Positions 7,697 through 16,658 of a stretch of DNA of 32,000 nt are shown here, one piece after another. The position numbers and the translations under genes are program-made. The notes under the pieces were generated by a model that worked only from the letters and a program-made list of their open reading frames with translations, was not told the origin of the DNA and did no database searches. The stretch is from Ruminococcus albus 7 = DSM 20455 (GTDB taxonomy: Bacteria > Bacillota > Clostridia > Oscillospirales > Ruminococcaceae): NCBI RefSeq assembly GCF_000179635.2, contig NC_014833.1:3030001-3062000 (forward strand), written 5' to 3'. Every line of letters starts with the position of its first letter. The first letter of the stretch is position 1.

Positions 7697-8387
7697 TTAG
7701 TGTGTTGACACTCGATACTCGTATGTAGTTTCAATAGAGAATGGTTCACCAACAAGACCAACTACACCAGTGCAAAGCATATCCTTGTTCATAACACTTT
7801 CGACATTAGTTGCCTTCTGAAGATTTCCTGTACCCTCCATAGAAACGATAACTTCGGTCACAGCACAGTCTTCGTTCACTACCTTGTGTGTAAATGTCTG
7901 GAAACGCTTCTCTGCGCCGTCAAGAATTCCATTGTCATCTGAATCGGAATCTTTGGAATCGGTGGTGCCGAAATAGATCTCGTCATTATCATTCAAACCG
8001 TCTTTATCGGTATCAACTTCAAGATGATTGGTAAAGTATGTATTTACCTCTTCACCGTCTTTAAGGTGATCTCCGTCTGTATCTTCATTAAATGGTCTGG
8101 TACCGATCTCGCATTCCTTACTGTTTGAAAAGACCATCATTGTCGAAATCCTCATCATAATTGGATACACCATTATCGTATGTATCAAATTTTAACGGAT
8201 TAGTGATAAGTGTGAGATATTCATATCCATCAGGCCGAAAATCGCCATCGGTATCTGCGTCATAAGGCTTTGTTCCTATTTCTTTTTCAATAATGTTAGG
8301 CAGACTGTCTTTGTCTGTATCGGCAAGGAACTTCCAGTCAGCAAAAGTCCAGCTGAGTTCTTCTGTTTCTGTACCAACAAATTTGGC
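7697..8387 (-). pseudogene. 5'-truncated, frameshifted fragment of a secreted Ca-binding (thrombospondin type-3-like repeat) protein
   Basis: Repeats DTDKDSLPNIIEKEIGTKPYDADTDGD, DFDNDGL..ECEIGTRPFNEDTDGDHLKDGEE and DTDKDGLNDNDE. The frame breaks near the A4 run at 8127-8130. The upstream frame opens at a stop (8388-8390) with no start codon. Confidence 0.6.
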
Positions 8388-8737
8388 TTATAGAGACATA
8401 CTCTGTTAAGGTTTTATTGATTGATTCTTTATAATTGTCTATAAATCTTTGAGCAACTGTGAGCAGGATTACGGGATATAAGCAATTGTGATACTATGAT
8501 TGCAGAGCTTAAAAATGGATTCGCATTAGTGAATCTGTATCTAGCTGGCGGAAAACCTTGTCAATCTAATCTAGTGCGCCAATTACACGGAATTTGAGTG
8601 GATTGCTTGTGGCTTTCTCTTTTTTCGTGAAGCCACTTTTGATGAATTTGTAATTATACGATGTTGCATTAGAATGATACAACCTCACGAATTATTCATA
8701 GCTTTGATGAATTCTTTTTAACTTTGAGCAATGGGTG

Positions 8738-8766
8738 TTGACTTTTGATAAGGATTGTGATATAAT
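8738..8766 (+). promoter_or_regulatory. sigma-A-type promoter TTGACT-17-TATAAT
   Basis: TTGACT at 8738-8743, a 17-nt spacer, and TATAAT at 8761-8766, just upstream of the ATG at 8780. Confidence 0.5.
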
Positions 8767-8779
8767 TTCAGCCGGTGAT

Positions 8780-9712
8780 ATGATGCATACTAAAAACATA
8801 CTATGGTTAATAACTTTTGTAATAATTTCTTTGACGTTTTTTTCGTGTTCTTCTATCAAAACTGAGGATGGTACAGAAACAATGGATTATAATATACTAA
8901 CACAAATGGAACTGCTAAATAATGGGGAAAGTGTAAAGACAATTAATATTGTAAAAAATGAAACTGAAGTGGATTTAAAAATCAACTATCGTTCCGATAT
9001 TTCCTTTGAATTGGAGATTGGAATGATAGATAATTATTCACAAAGAGATTTTTATATGAAAAAGGACGATAAATGGCTTAACGATAAAACATTTGTTCTT
9101 GATTTGCCGAATTCAAATGGTGAATTTGTAGAAGCTCATTACAAAATAAAGGTTGATAATTTAAATTATCAACACCATGATATAATATGGTATATAAAAA
9201 ACAATACAAAGATTCAACATGATAGTATGCGTGCATTCAGCTTTTTACGACTTGGCATAAATACAGCATCTAATGATGTTTTTCAAATTTCTGATGAAGC
9301 GGAAGTTGTTTTTTCAAAGAATACTATTGAATCTCCATCATTTGAAATAATGGCAATAGAAAGTAATGAGAAGGATTTATTATTGCAATTTAATATTAGT
9401 CTAATTTATTATGGTGAGCATTTTGTAAACGAATATAATGCACATTTAAAAGATGATATTCCTTTTGCTGTTATGGCGTTAGATGAAAATGGGATTGTAA
9501 CCTTTGATTTGGAAAATAGTTATTTTATTAGCAACTCAAAAATTGGTGAAGATGGTTACATAAATATTCCTAAATTGCAATCTGAAACGAAACAAATTAC
9601 TTATATATTAGTTCCGTATATTTGTCAGACCGATTATGAAGAATTGGAAAGATACCAAAAAATAGCGTATAATAACGTATGTTATTATCAATATATTCAA
9701 TCATCAAACTAA
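8780..9712 (+). CDS. putative lipoprotein, unknown function
   Basis: Track ORF 8735..9712, but the promoter sits inside its 5' end. From 8780 the N-terminus MMHTKNILWLITFVIISLTFFSCSS is a lipoprotein-type signal. Confidence 0.7.
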   Translation: MMHTKNILWLITFVIISLTFFSCSSIKTEDGTETMDYNILTQMELLNNGESVKTINIVKNETEVDLKINYRSDISFELEIGMIDNYSQRDFYMKKDDKWLNDKTFVLDLPNSNGEFVEAHYKIKVDNLNYQHHDIIWYIKNNTKIQHDSMRAFSFLRLGINTASNDVFQISDEAEVVFSKNTIESPSFEIMAIESNEKDLLLQFNISLIYYGEHFVNEYNAHLKDDIPFAVMALDENGIVTFDLENSYFISNSKIGEDGYINIPKLQSETKQITYILVPYICQTDYEELERYQKIAYNNVCYYQYIQSSN

Positions 9713-9738
9713 ACGTTGCATAATCTAGGAGGTAAAAA

Positions 9739-10320
9739 ATGAAAAGAATTAAATCACTTTTATGCATCACAACAGCTATCATCATTTCAACATTATCATC
9801 AGTTGCAGTTGTCCCTGCTAATGCTGCTGAGCTAAAATCTGATAAAGAGGCTCCAACTGTTGTAAGTGCTACGATTCGAGGATACGATGGCCCTTCAGGT
9901 AATATCTCTGTTTCGCCCAATGGAGTTAAACGTATGAAAACTGCAAATTCAAATGGATACGCAGTATCTAAAATTTATGATTCTTGTAACGTTATAGAAA
10001 ATGGCTATTGGGGCAAAAGAAGGACTGATGTTTACGGCGAAGTGTCATCTGAGCTTATTCTTCCGTCTTCAGGTACAAGTGATGGGATCCCTGACTGGAC
10101 TATGATCGTAATGTGCCAGCTTTATGTATCCAATGCAAAACAAAAATACACAAATTCTCCCACAAAAAGTGTTTATAATCGTACTTATGTATCGGAATGC
10201 ACTAAAACTGTCCAGGGAAAGGATTTTGGCACAGCGAAATGCACTGGCTACCATACAGTCAAAGACTATTATGGAAATATCATTTGGCAAAACGAAACGT
10301 CTAAGTCAAAATGGATATAA
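9739..10320 (+). CDS. secreted protein with six Cys, unknown function
   Basis: 193 aa with RBS TAGGAGG. Signal peptide MKRIKSLLCITTAIIISTLSSVAVVPANA. Confidence 0.7.
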   Translation: MKRIKSLLCITTAIIISTLSSVAVVPANAAELKSDKEAPTVVSATIRGYDGPSGNISVSPNGVKRMKTANSNGYAVSKIYDSCNVIENGYWGKRRTDVYGEVSSELILPSSGTSDGIPDWTMIVMCQLYVSNAKQKYTNSPTKSVYNRTYVSECTKTVQGKDFGTAKCTGYHTVKDYYGNIIWQNETSKSKWI

Positions 10321-10758
10321 TATCCGAACTATGTAAAGCGTGAAAACAAATTAAGGGACTGAGTGGTTATGTCCATCTTATAATTCTTGGTTCACATTTC
10401 TGATATGAAATCGGATTGTTCGATGACATGATAGATTGGCTTGAAAACAATGGGCATTCGATAATAGAATGTTCGCTTTACCCACCAATCAAAGCCTTAA
10501 CCATACTTTTCCTCCTAAATCATAACAGTTCTAATAAACTTACTCAAAGGTGAGATCGCTGCTGCTGATAAATAACCAAAATACAGAATACATTTATGCT
10601 TTACTTTTCTGTGCAATTATGCTATCATCTTCAGTAGCAAATGAGTATGATCGAATTGAAATTCAAAAACATAATTGAGAATTTAGATAACGTACTGAAA
10701 TATGACAGCAAGGGTTTTGATATGTAATAATAGAATGGTTACTTATATCTAATATATA

Positions 10759-10919
10759 TCGGACCTTATTCGGACTTTATCTCCGCCAAAGACTGCTTTA
10801 GACAACTTCAAATCACTTGAAACGCAGACCTCAGAAACGTCGCAATACCGCAGATAAGCTGAGATAACAATCAATTACAATGGACAGCGGCTATCGTTCA
10901 AGTCCCGTTTGCCGCACCA
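10759..10919 (+). repeat. att block copy A (138-nt conserved arm plus 23-nt core)
   Basis: Starts TCGGACCTTATTCGGACTTTATCTCCGCC and ends ..GGCTATCGTTCAAGTCCCGTTTGCCGCACCA. About 90% identical by eye to the blocks at 13079 and 22342. Confidence 0.65.
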
Positions 10920-10927
10920 AAACAAAA

Positions 10928-10958
10928 CCTCGTAAACACGGCGTTTGCGAGGTTTTTT
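10928..10958 (+). terminator. intrinsic terminator after the tRNA-like end
   Basis: Same CCTCGTAAAC..GTTTGCGAGG stem plus TTTTTT as at 2536. Confidence 0.6.
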
Positions 10959-10975
10959 CATGCCCAAAATCCAGG

Positions 10976-11000
10976 TTTGGACTTTATTTTGGACCTTATT
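10976..11000 (+). promoter_or_regulatory. putative integrase arm-type sites
   Basis: TTTGGACTTTATTTTGGACCTTATT, the same as at 2584 and 13296. Confidence 0.4.
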
Positions 11001-11059
11001 GGGGAAAACGCTATCGGGAGATTGCGCAGATGAGCGGTCTCCCGAATTTTGTTTGGGTG

Positions 11060-11110
11060 TTAGCTTGCTTCTTTTTTCTATATGATCTCCGCCATAATAA
11101 TGTTTTCGGT
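11060..11110 (-). pseudogene. relic of the integrase 3' end
   Basis: TTAGCTTGCTTCTTTTTTCTATATGATCTCCGCCATAATAA aligns by eye with TTAGCCAGCTTCTTTCCCCTCGATTACCTCCGCCATAATAT at the int2 stop, but carries an in-frame stop. Homology fades after ~50 nt. Confidence 0.5.
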
Positions 11111-11112
11111 AG

Positions 11113-11141
11113 TTGACTTTGCTGGTGGGAGATAGTATAAT
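11113..11141 (+). promoter_or_regulatory. sigma-A-type promoter TTGACT-17-TATAAT in front of the orphan immunity gene
   Basis: TTGACT at 11113-11118, a 17-nt spacer, and TATAAT at 11136-11141. Confidence 0.55.
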
Positions 11142-11146
11142 GATAT

Positions 11147-11196
11147 CATGAGTGAGGGTATACAACGAAGAATTAATCTGTGCATGTGAAAGATAA
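11147..11196 (+). pseudogene. 3' stub of a toxin gene
   Basis: ..TATACAACGAAGAATTAATCTGTGCATGTGAAAGATAAGGAGA aligns with the end of the 933-aa gene ..TATACAACGAAGAAGTGCTCTATGCATATGTAAGATAAGGAGA, including the stop and the RBS of the following gene. Confidence 0.6.
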
Positions 11197-11208
11197 GGAG
11201 AACATTTT

Positions 11209-11688
11209 ATGGAGTACAATTTTTATGTTGAAAAGCCTATCGACAGAGATGAATTACACCAAAGTATAATAGACATATTAAAAGAGTTATCAAATAAAAA
11301 ACAGGTCGATGATGACGACGATATTATTGCATGTTATCCTCTTCTAATATATATTTATGGTCCTGAATATGGAGCAGATTGTGTTAAGGAAGAATATGGA
11401 TTCGAATTGAGCTGGGAATTGACATTTGAAGTCTTTTCAAAAAATGAAACTGATAATGAAGTTGAGAATTTAAGGTTTTTCTTTAAGGTAATTAATTATT
11501 TGGTTGAAAAGTTTGATATTGACATCTTTGTCTTAGCGGATACGGGTGGTACTTGGATAATGAAAAGTCTGGGAGAAATAAAGGAATTACGAGATACAGA
11601 TATATTTAATTATCCTTTTGAACTGCTAAAGTGTGCAGCGGATTTTGAACGCTGTGAAGCAGAAAGATTTGGTATGAATATTTTATAA
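11209..11688 (+). CDS. orphan immunity-like protein (homolog of 21208..21672)
   Basis: 159 aa, acidic, no signal peptide. Roughly 85-90% identical by eye to the 154-aa protein downstream of the toxin-like gene. The RBS context AAGGAGA is conserved. Confidence 0.75.
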   Translation: MEYNFYVEKPIDRDELHQSIIDILKELSNKKQVDDDDDIIACYPLLIYIYGPEYGADCVKEEYGFELSWELTFEVFSKNETDNEVENLRFFFKVINYLVEKFDIDIFVLADTGGTWIMKSLGEIKELRDTDIFNYPFELLKCAADFERCEAERFGMNIL

Positions 11689-11989
11689 AAGTTATACTTC
11701 TTTTGACATCGTTGAGATATCTACTAATTTATATTATGAAGTATCGGATAAATATTCGTTTGAATATTTAGAAACACTGGCTCAGGTTAGAATGATAGCT
11801 GAAAACCAAGTATGTAAAACCGCTGAAGAATACACTTTGATTAGTTCACTGTTTTGTGATTATGAGTATACTTATGATACCGCAGTTGATAATGTAAATA
11901 AAGTCAAAAGAATAACAGATAAGTATTATAAGCTTAAATCTTCATTAAAATTCAGAAATTCTGTTTTTTAATGATTATGGTGAATAATT

Positions 11990-12472
11990 ATGAAGAAAGC
12001 ATATATAACAAAAGCAGAATACGAACTTGGTTATGCAAAGCTTGGTATTATATTTGCAGTTATTCTTATTGTGGTTAAATCTATAATAGCGATAGTATGC
12101 GGATATAACATAATAGAGTATGTATTTTTATCTTTTGATACGTTATTTTTTTTATTCGCAATAAGTGGCACTTTGATTACGATAAGTTGTGTAACTAGCG
12201 TAAAATATATGATATGCAAATATATTGTCTTAAAAAATGGAATATGTATAAAAGGGCGTATAGTCGGCAAAGAATTGAAGCGTGATTTTGGCATCTATGA
12301 TACATACACTTTTACGATTAGCGTAAAAGTGGGTGACAATAGTGAAGAATTTTCGTTTAAAAGCGTACCTTATATGGCTAGAATAGTTACAGAGCAGTCT
12401 TCTATGAAATATTGTGACGTATACTGCTACAAAAACAAGTATATCCTTGATAATTTCAGAGCAGAGGAGTGA
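11990..12472 (+). CDS. membrane protein (two N-terminal TM helices plus a soluble C-terminal domain), unknown function
   Basis: 160 aa. Hydrophobic segments LGIIFAVILIVVKSIIAIVCG and FLFAISGTLITISCV. RBS GGTGA. Confidence 0.65.
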   Translation: MKKAYITKAEYELGYAKLGIIFAVILIVVKSIIAIVCGYNIIEYVFLSFDTLFFLFAISGTLITISCVTSVKYMICKYIVLKNGICIKGRIVGKELKRDFGIYDTYTFTISVKVGDNSEEFSFKSVPYMARIVTEQSSMKYCDVYCYKNKYILDNFRAEE

Positions 12473-12477
12473 TAACA

Positions 12478-13020
12478 ATGAGCAATTTCAAATCAAAATT
12501 TATAGTACAGTTTATAATCAATCTGATAATCGTTGGTATTATTGCAACTATACTGGGGCGTGTCGTAACGGCATTGCTGTTTAAGGCACTTGGTGTTCAT
12601 GGAACTTCTGTTTGCTGGCTTATGGTGCTGGTCACAGGTGTTTTCAATGCGGCTGCCATGATAGTTTCGCTTATACTGACGCAGAACGAACTAAAAAAGA
12701 AGTCTTTGGATAATATACCCGATATCCCGATGAAATTCTATATTGGTTTTACAGCGGCTTTGATAGTATTGAATGTTGTGATCTCGGTGATCGGCTTTTC
12801 TTCAACATATAATACCTGCGTTCAGAATATAAGTGTGATTGCAATGGAGAATGAACTGGTAAGTGCAGGTACGGACAGAATTGAGGTAAAGTCTGTTGTT
12901 GAGGAACAGCTTCATGCGGCTGTAAGAAATGCAGTTATCGTTGCAAATGTTATTCAGGCGGCAGTTCTTGCTTTGATGACGATAGTTATTTCAAACAGAC
13001 ATAGAAAGATTTGGAATTGA
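12478..13020 (+). CDS. polytopic membrane protein, unknown function
   Basis: Track ORF 12469..13020. The ATG at 12478 lies 8 nt after GAGGAG. About four hydrophobic helices. It starts 5 nt after the stop of the previous gene. Confidence 0.65.
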   Translation: MSNFKSKFIVQFIINLIIVGIIATILGRVVTALLFKALGVHGTSVCWLMVLVTGVFNAAAMIVSLILTQNELKKKSLDNIPDIPMKFYIGFTAALIVLNVVISVIGFSSTYNTCVQNISVIAMENELVSAGTDRIEVKSVVEEQLHAAVRNAVIVANVIQAAVLALMTIVISNRHRKIWN

Positions 13021-13078
13021 TACTTACCTAAGAATCGCATTGAAAAAGAGTTTCTATTTAGAAGTTAAGAATTACTAT

Positions 13079-13239
13079 TCGGACCTTATTTGGACTTTAT
13101 CTCCGCCAAAGACTGCTTGAGACCACTTCAAATCACTTGAAACGCAGACCTCAGAAACTCCGCAACATCGCAGATAAGCTGAGATAACATTCAATTACAA
13201 TGGGCAGCGGCTATCGTTCAAGTCCCGTTTGCCGCACCA
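13079..13239 (+). repeat. att block copy B (138-nt conserved arm plus 23-nt core)
   Basis: Same 161-nt block as at 10759 and 22342. Core at 13217-13239. Confidence 0.65.
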
Positions 13240-13247
13240 AAACAAGA

Positions 13248-13278
13248 CCTCGTAAACACGGCGTTTGCGAGGTTTTTT
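13248..13278 (+). terminator. intrinsic terminator after the tRNA-like end
   Basis: CCTCGTAAAC..GTTTGCGAGG plus TTTTTT. Confidence 0.6.
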
Positions 13279-13295
13279 CATGCCCGAAATCGAGG

Positions 13296-13320
13296 TTTGG
13301 ACTTTATTTTGGACCTTATT
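13296..13320 (+). promoter_or_regulatory. putative integrase arm-type sites
   Basis: TTTGGACTTTATTTTGGACCTTATT. In addition, TTTGGGTGTTA occurs twice in tandem at 13373-13394, overlapping the int stop. Confidence 0.4.
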
Positions 13321-13333
13321 GGGGAAAAAGTTT

Positions 13334-13365
13334 CGGCGGGAGCCCTGTGTATAGAGCTCCCGCCG
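13334..13365. terminator. GC-rich hairpin between att and the integrase stop
   Basis: CGGCGGGAGC..GCTCCCGCCG, the same as at 2622. Confidence 0.5.
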
Positions 13366-13391
13366 ATTTTTGTTTGGGTGTTATTTGGGTG

Positions 13392-14602
13392 TTAGCCAGC
13401 TTCTTTCCCCTCGATTACCTCCGCCATAATATTGCTCGCCCTGCGCTTGCTCTCTGCGAAGTAATGACTGTAAGTAGACATCGTAGTCACAGGCGTGCTG
13501 TGACCTAACATTGCAGCAACTGTGGTCGGATCAACTCCTGCTTCGATCTCGACCGATGCAAAGAAATGCCTGAAGCTGTGAAGTCCATAGAATGGGAAAT
13601 TCCTGCGTTCACACTCTCGCATCAGCCATGTGTATGGCGTGTTCGGATGCATGGGCTGACCGTCCCATTTTGTGAACAGGCGGTCGTGTTCCTGCCACTC
13701 GTCTCCGAGATTGGCTTTGTAGCTATCCTGATCATGCTTGTATGCTTTCAGCAGACCGATGACAGCAGGCGGAAGATCGACCATCCGCGTGGATCTCTCT
13801 GTCTTTGTCGCATCGGAGTATATACCCTTGTCTGCAGTGTAGTTTGAAGTGTGGTCGATCTTTACAGTGCCACGTTCAAAATCAATATTCTTCCATTCGA
13901 TGCCAAGCAGTTCTCCACGCCTGCAACCCGTGTATATAGCCAGTGTGAAAAACACCTTGTATTTCATCGGCGCTTCACGAAGAATCTTCATGAACTCACG
14001 TGCCTGTTCTTTTGTGTAGATGTGCTTCTCGGGTTTCTTGTACGCTTTCCCGCTTGCATCTATTTTAGGTATCATGACTTTTGAACACGGATTTGTATTC
14101 ACCATGTCCAGCCTTATCGCATACTCGAATATGGATGAGATGAAAGATAAATGATGCCGCATTGTCTTTTGCGACAGCGGTTTTCCGTTGCGCTTGTTTG
14201 CACCCGGCTTTGCAAGTGAGTTGATGAATTTCTGAATGTCCCGCGCAGTTATCTTGTCTATGCGCAGATGTCCCAGCGCAGGAATGACCCTGTCTGCAAT
14301 GAGATGTTCACGCTGAAGTGTCGTACTGCGGTGATTGAGTTCAGCATATTCGGTCGCCCACATCTCAATTACTTTCTGGAACTTGACAGCCGCAGTCACC
14401 TGACCATGCGCGCACTCCTCCTCGAACAGTATCGCAATGCGCTGTACCTCTTTTTCAGCTTGTTTGACAGACATATTTTCAGGTGGTTTCCATGTCCTGA
14501 ACCGAACCATCTGCTTTCCGTGCACATCATAACCGCAGTACGCACGAATGCGGTATGATGTAACTTCACCTTTCTTGTTTTACGTTTTTCAATGTACGCC
14601 AT
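13392..14602 (-). pseudogene. int: tyrosine recombinase/integrase with a -1 frameshift at codon ~9
   Basis: Same ATG as copy 1 (MAYIEKRK..), but the run at 14578-14581 is T4 where copy 1 has T5 (3868-3872). The rest (track ORF 13392..14525) is intact through the catalytic motifs. Combining the two copies gives a ~403-aa intact reading frame. Confidence 0.85.
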
Positions 14603-14710
14603 GTGTTTCGTCCTTTCGATTTATATTTGCCTGTCGGCAACGCCATTCTACCACAGACTGACGGGCATATCCAGTTGACACGCAAACGTTAATTTCTGCA
14701 ACATCTTTTT

Positions 14711-14911
14711 CTACCGAACCACTAACTCGCCGTTCAGGTATTTGTGCAGTATCTCTTTGTTGATCAGATATTTTTTGCCCGCTTTGAAGCAAGGCAGTTC
14801 ACCCGACCTGCACATCTCGCGGATGCGGTACTCTGTTAGTCCGTCCACAAGTGCAGCAGCTTCTTTTATCGTTAGCATAGTTATTTTATTTTCTGTTTTG
14901 GTTTCAGCCAT
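14711..14911 (-). CDS. excisionase-family helix-turn-helix DNA-binding protein
   Basis: Identical translation to 4002..4202. Confidence 0.75.
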   Translation of the reverse strand: MAETKTENKITMLTIKEAAALVDGLTEYRIREMCRSGELPCFKAGKKYLINKEILHKYLNGELVVR

Positions 14912-15010
14912 GTTGTTATCACTCTCCTTGATGTCTCATGAGTTCTGTCTTGTGATAAATTTGCTGTTCATTTTTGATCTTCCTCGTATAATAAAAGTAG
15001 TAGTTTTTAG

Positions 15011-16436
15011 AGTTCCTCTCCAAGAACTATGGTATAATATTGTTTAGATGCTGTGGATTGGTTTGATCTTCCTACCGTATGACGGTTTACGAAAGGCTCC
15101 GACCGCAGTCTCTATGCAATTTGTTGATCAGTTAGATACCGCCCGACGGTTTATTTAGAACGAGGTTACATTAGCGTAGAGTCTCTGTGGATCTAAACAG
15201 CATCAATAATTTTTGGAGGTATCATTATGATCGTTGTTGGTATTGATGTGGCAAAGGACAAGCATGACTGCTTTATTGTTGATTCTGAAGGTACAGTACT
15301 CTTTGATGTGTTCACTATCCCAAACACTCTTGACGGCTTTAATATCCTGCTTGATAACATCAAGTCCGTTACCGAAAATTTTGACATAATAAAAGTAGGA
15401 CTCGAGGCTACGGGACATTACAGCTACAATCTGTTGGGATTTCTGTTGAACAACGGCCTGCCAACCTACGTTCTGAACCCTTTGCACACTAATCTTTACC
15501 GAAAAAGCCTTACACTTCGTAAAACGAAGACAGACAAGGCAGATGCGCGCGTGATTGCTTCTATGCTAATGTCTTGCGTAGACCTAAAGCCCTACACAAA
15601 TACATTATATCAGAGCGAAGAGCTAAAGTCAATGACCAGATACAGATTTGACAAGGTTTCCGAGCGTGCAAAGCTCAAGACCTCCGTATCAAGGCTTGTG
15701 ACTATTCTCTTTCCCGAACTTGAAGCGCTCGTGCCTTCGCTGCACATGAAGTCTGTCTATACTCTTTTGAGCGAGTTTCCTTCAGCGCAGCATATCGCAA
15801 ATGCTCACCTTACAAGGCTTGCCAATCTGCTTTCAGAGACTTCCAAAGGTCACTACGGCAAGGACAAAGCTATTCAGATCAGAGGTGCCGCAAGACGCTC
15901 TGTCGGCTCTGTAATGCCTGCAAAGTCGCTGGAACTCAGGCACACCATAAAGCTCATTGCTGACCTGACCGAGCAGATAGATGAGATAGAAACCGAGATA
16001 AAGAAGCTGGTCGATGCAACCGACACTACACTTCTGACCGTTCCCGGTCTCAGCTATTCAACTGTCGCTATGATCCTCGCAGAGGTCGGTGACTTTTCAA
16101 ACTTCGCAACACCCGACAAAGTACTTGCATTTGCGGGAATGTCGCCCTCTACATACCAATCGGGACAGCTGACGAATTGTTATGCCAAGATGGAAAAGCG
16201 CGGCTCAAAGTATCTTCGCTATGCTCTCTACAACGCTGCCAAATTCGTCTGCACCTGGGACAAGACATTCAAAGATTATCTCGCCAAGAAGCGAGCCGAG
16301 GGCAAACATTACAATGTTGCATTATCTCACGCTGTCAAGAAACTCGTCAGACTCATTTTTGCTCTTGAAAAGTCTCATTCGCCATATCAGCCTGTTGTTT
16401 GAAATTTTTGTTAATCTTCATTTTTAGGGGTTGACT
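15011..16436 (+). mobile_element. IS110-family insertion sequence, copy 2 (ends approximate)
   Basis: Same position and sequence context as the copy in E1, inside the shared 4.5-kb tract. Confidence 0.5.
15227..16402 (+). CDS. IS110-family DEDD transposase/recombinase
   Basis: Identical 391-aa translation to 4518..5693. Confidence 0.9.
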   Translation: MIVVGIDVAKDKHDCFIVDSEGTVLFDVFTIPNTLDGFNILLDNIKSVTENFDIIKVGLEATGHYSYNLLGFLLNNGLPTYVLNPLHTNLYRKSLTLRKTKTDKADARVIASMLMSCVDLKPYTNTLYQSEELKSMTRYRFDKVSERAKLKTSVSRLVTILFPELEALVPSLHMKSVYTLLSEFPSAQHIANAHLTRLANLLSETSKGHYGKDKAIQIRGAARRSVGSVMPAKSLELRHTIKLIADLTEQIDEIETEIKKLVDATDTTLLTVPGLSYSTVAMILAEVGDFSNFATPDKVLAFAGMSPSTYQSGQLTNCYAKMEKRGSKYLRYALYNAAKFVCTWDKTFKDYLAKKRAEGKHYNVALSHAVKKLVRLIFALEKSHSPYQPVV

Positions 16437-16646
16437 TTTGATAGTTAGTCTTTCTATTGAAATTTAGGGCTTGACGCCACGCAAAACCCGCGTACCTACG
16501 CACTTATCTCGCGATTTTTGAAATATTGACACCACACTTTTCAGCAATTTGCGTGATTGACACCAATTCCCGATACGCCAAAACCCCCGTAGAATGCGGT
16601 CGGCGTTGCCGTCCGCTGTGAGATTTGCGGCGAATTGACGCCGCAC
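16431..16646. repeat. array of five TTGAC(R)CC-type motifs (iteron-like), copy 2
   Basis: Same as 5722-5937, offset by 10709. Confidence 0.45.
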
Positions 16647-16658
16647 TTTAACCTGCAC
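16464..16658 (-). CDS. hypothetical basic 64-aa protein
   Basis: Identical to 5755..5949, with the same caveat. Confidence 0.3.
   Translation of the reverse strand: MQVKVRRQFAANLTADGNADRILRGFWRIGNWCQSRKLLKSVVSIFQKSRDKCVGTRVLRGVKP

Larger units (their letters stand above)
2505..10896. mobile_element. integrative element E1 (int pseudogene, xis-like gene, IS110 insertion, RepA-like ATPase, cargo)
   Basis: Bounded by att core copies at 2505 and 10897. The integrase 3' end abuts the left core. The backbone is homologous to E2. Confidence 0.6.
10897..13216. mobile_element. degenerate integrative element E1.5 (integrase-to-toxin deletion)
   Basis: Bounded by att cores at 10897 and 13217. It retains the terminator, arm sites, ~50 nt of the integrase 3' end, a toxin 3' stub, an immunity homolog and two membrane-protein genes. 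Confidence 0.55.

Noticed and set aside
10759-10919. The 161-nt blocks ending in ..GGACAGCGGCTATCGTTCAAGTCCCGTTTGCCGCACCA (also at 13079 and 22342) looked like the 3' part of a tmRNA or a tRNA gene.
   Set aside because: The bases 5' of the T-loop cannot pair with CCCGT. No 5' acceptor strand (GCGGCAA) exists upstream. The acceptor would lack the G3:U70 pair expected for tmRNA. The upstream sequence differs at each copy beyond 138 nt. I interpret them as att arms carrying a tRNA 3'-end mimic.
11690-11963. A long open frame (..YEVSDKYSFEYLETLAQVRMIAENQVCKTAEEYTLISSLF..KFRNSVF) between the orphan immunity gene and the membrane-protein genes.
   Set aside because: There is no start codon with an RBS. 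The first ATG gives only 54 aa. It may be a gene remnant, but the evidence is not sufficient to call it.
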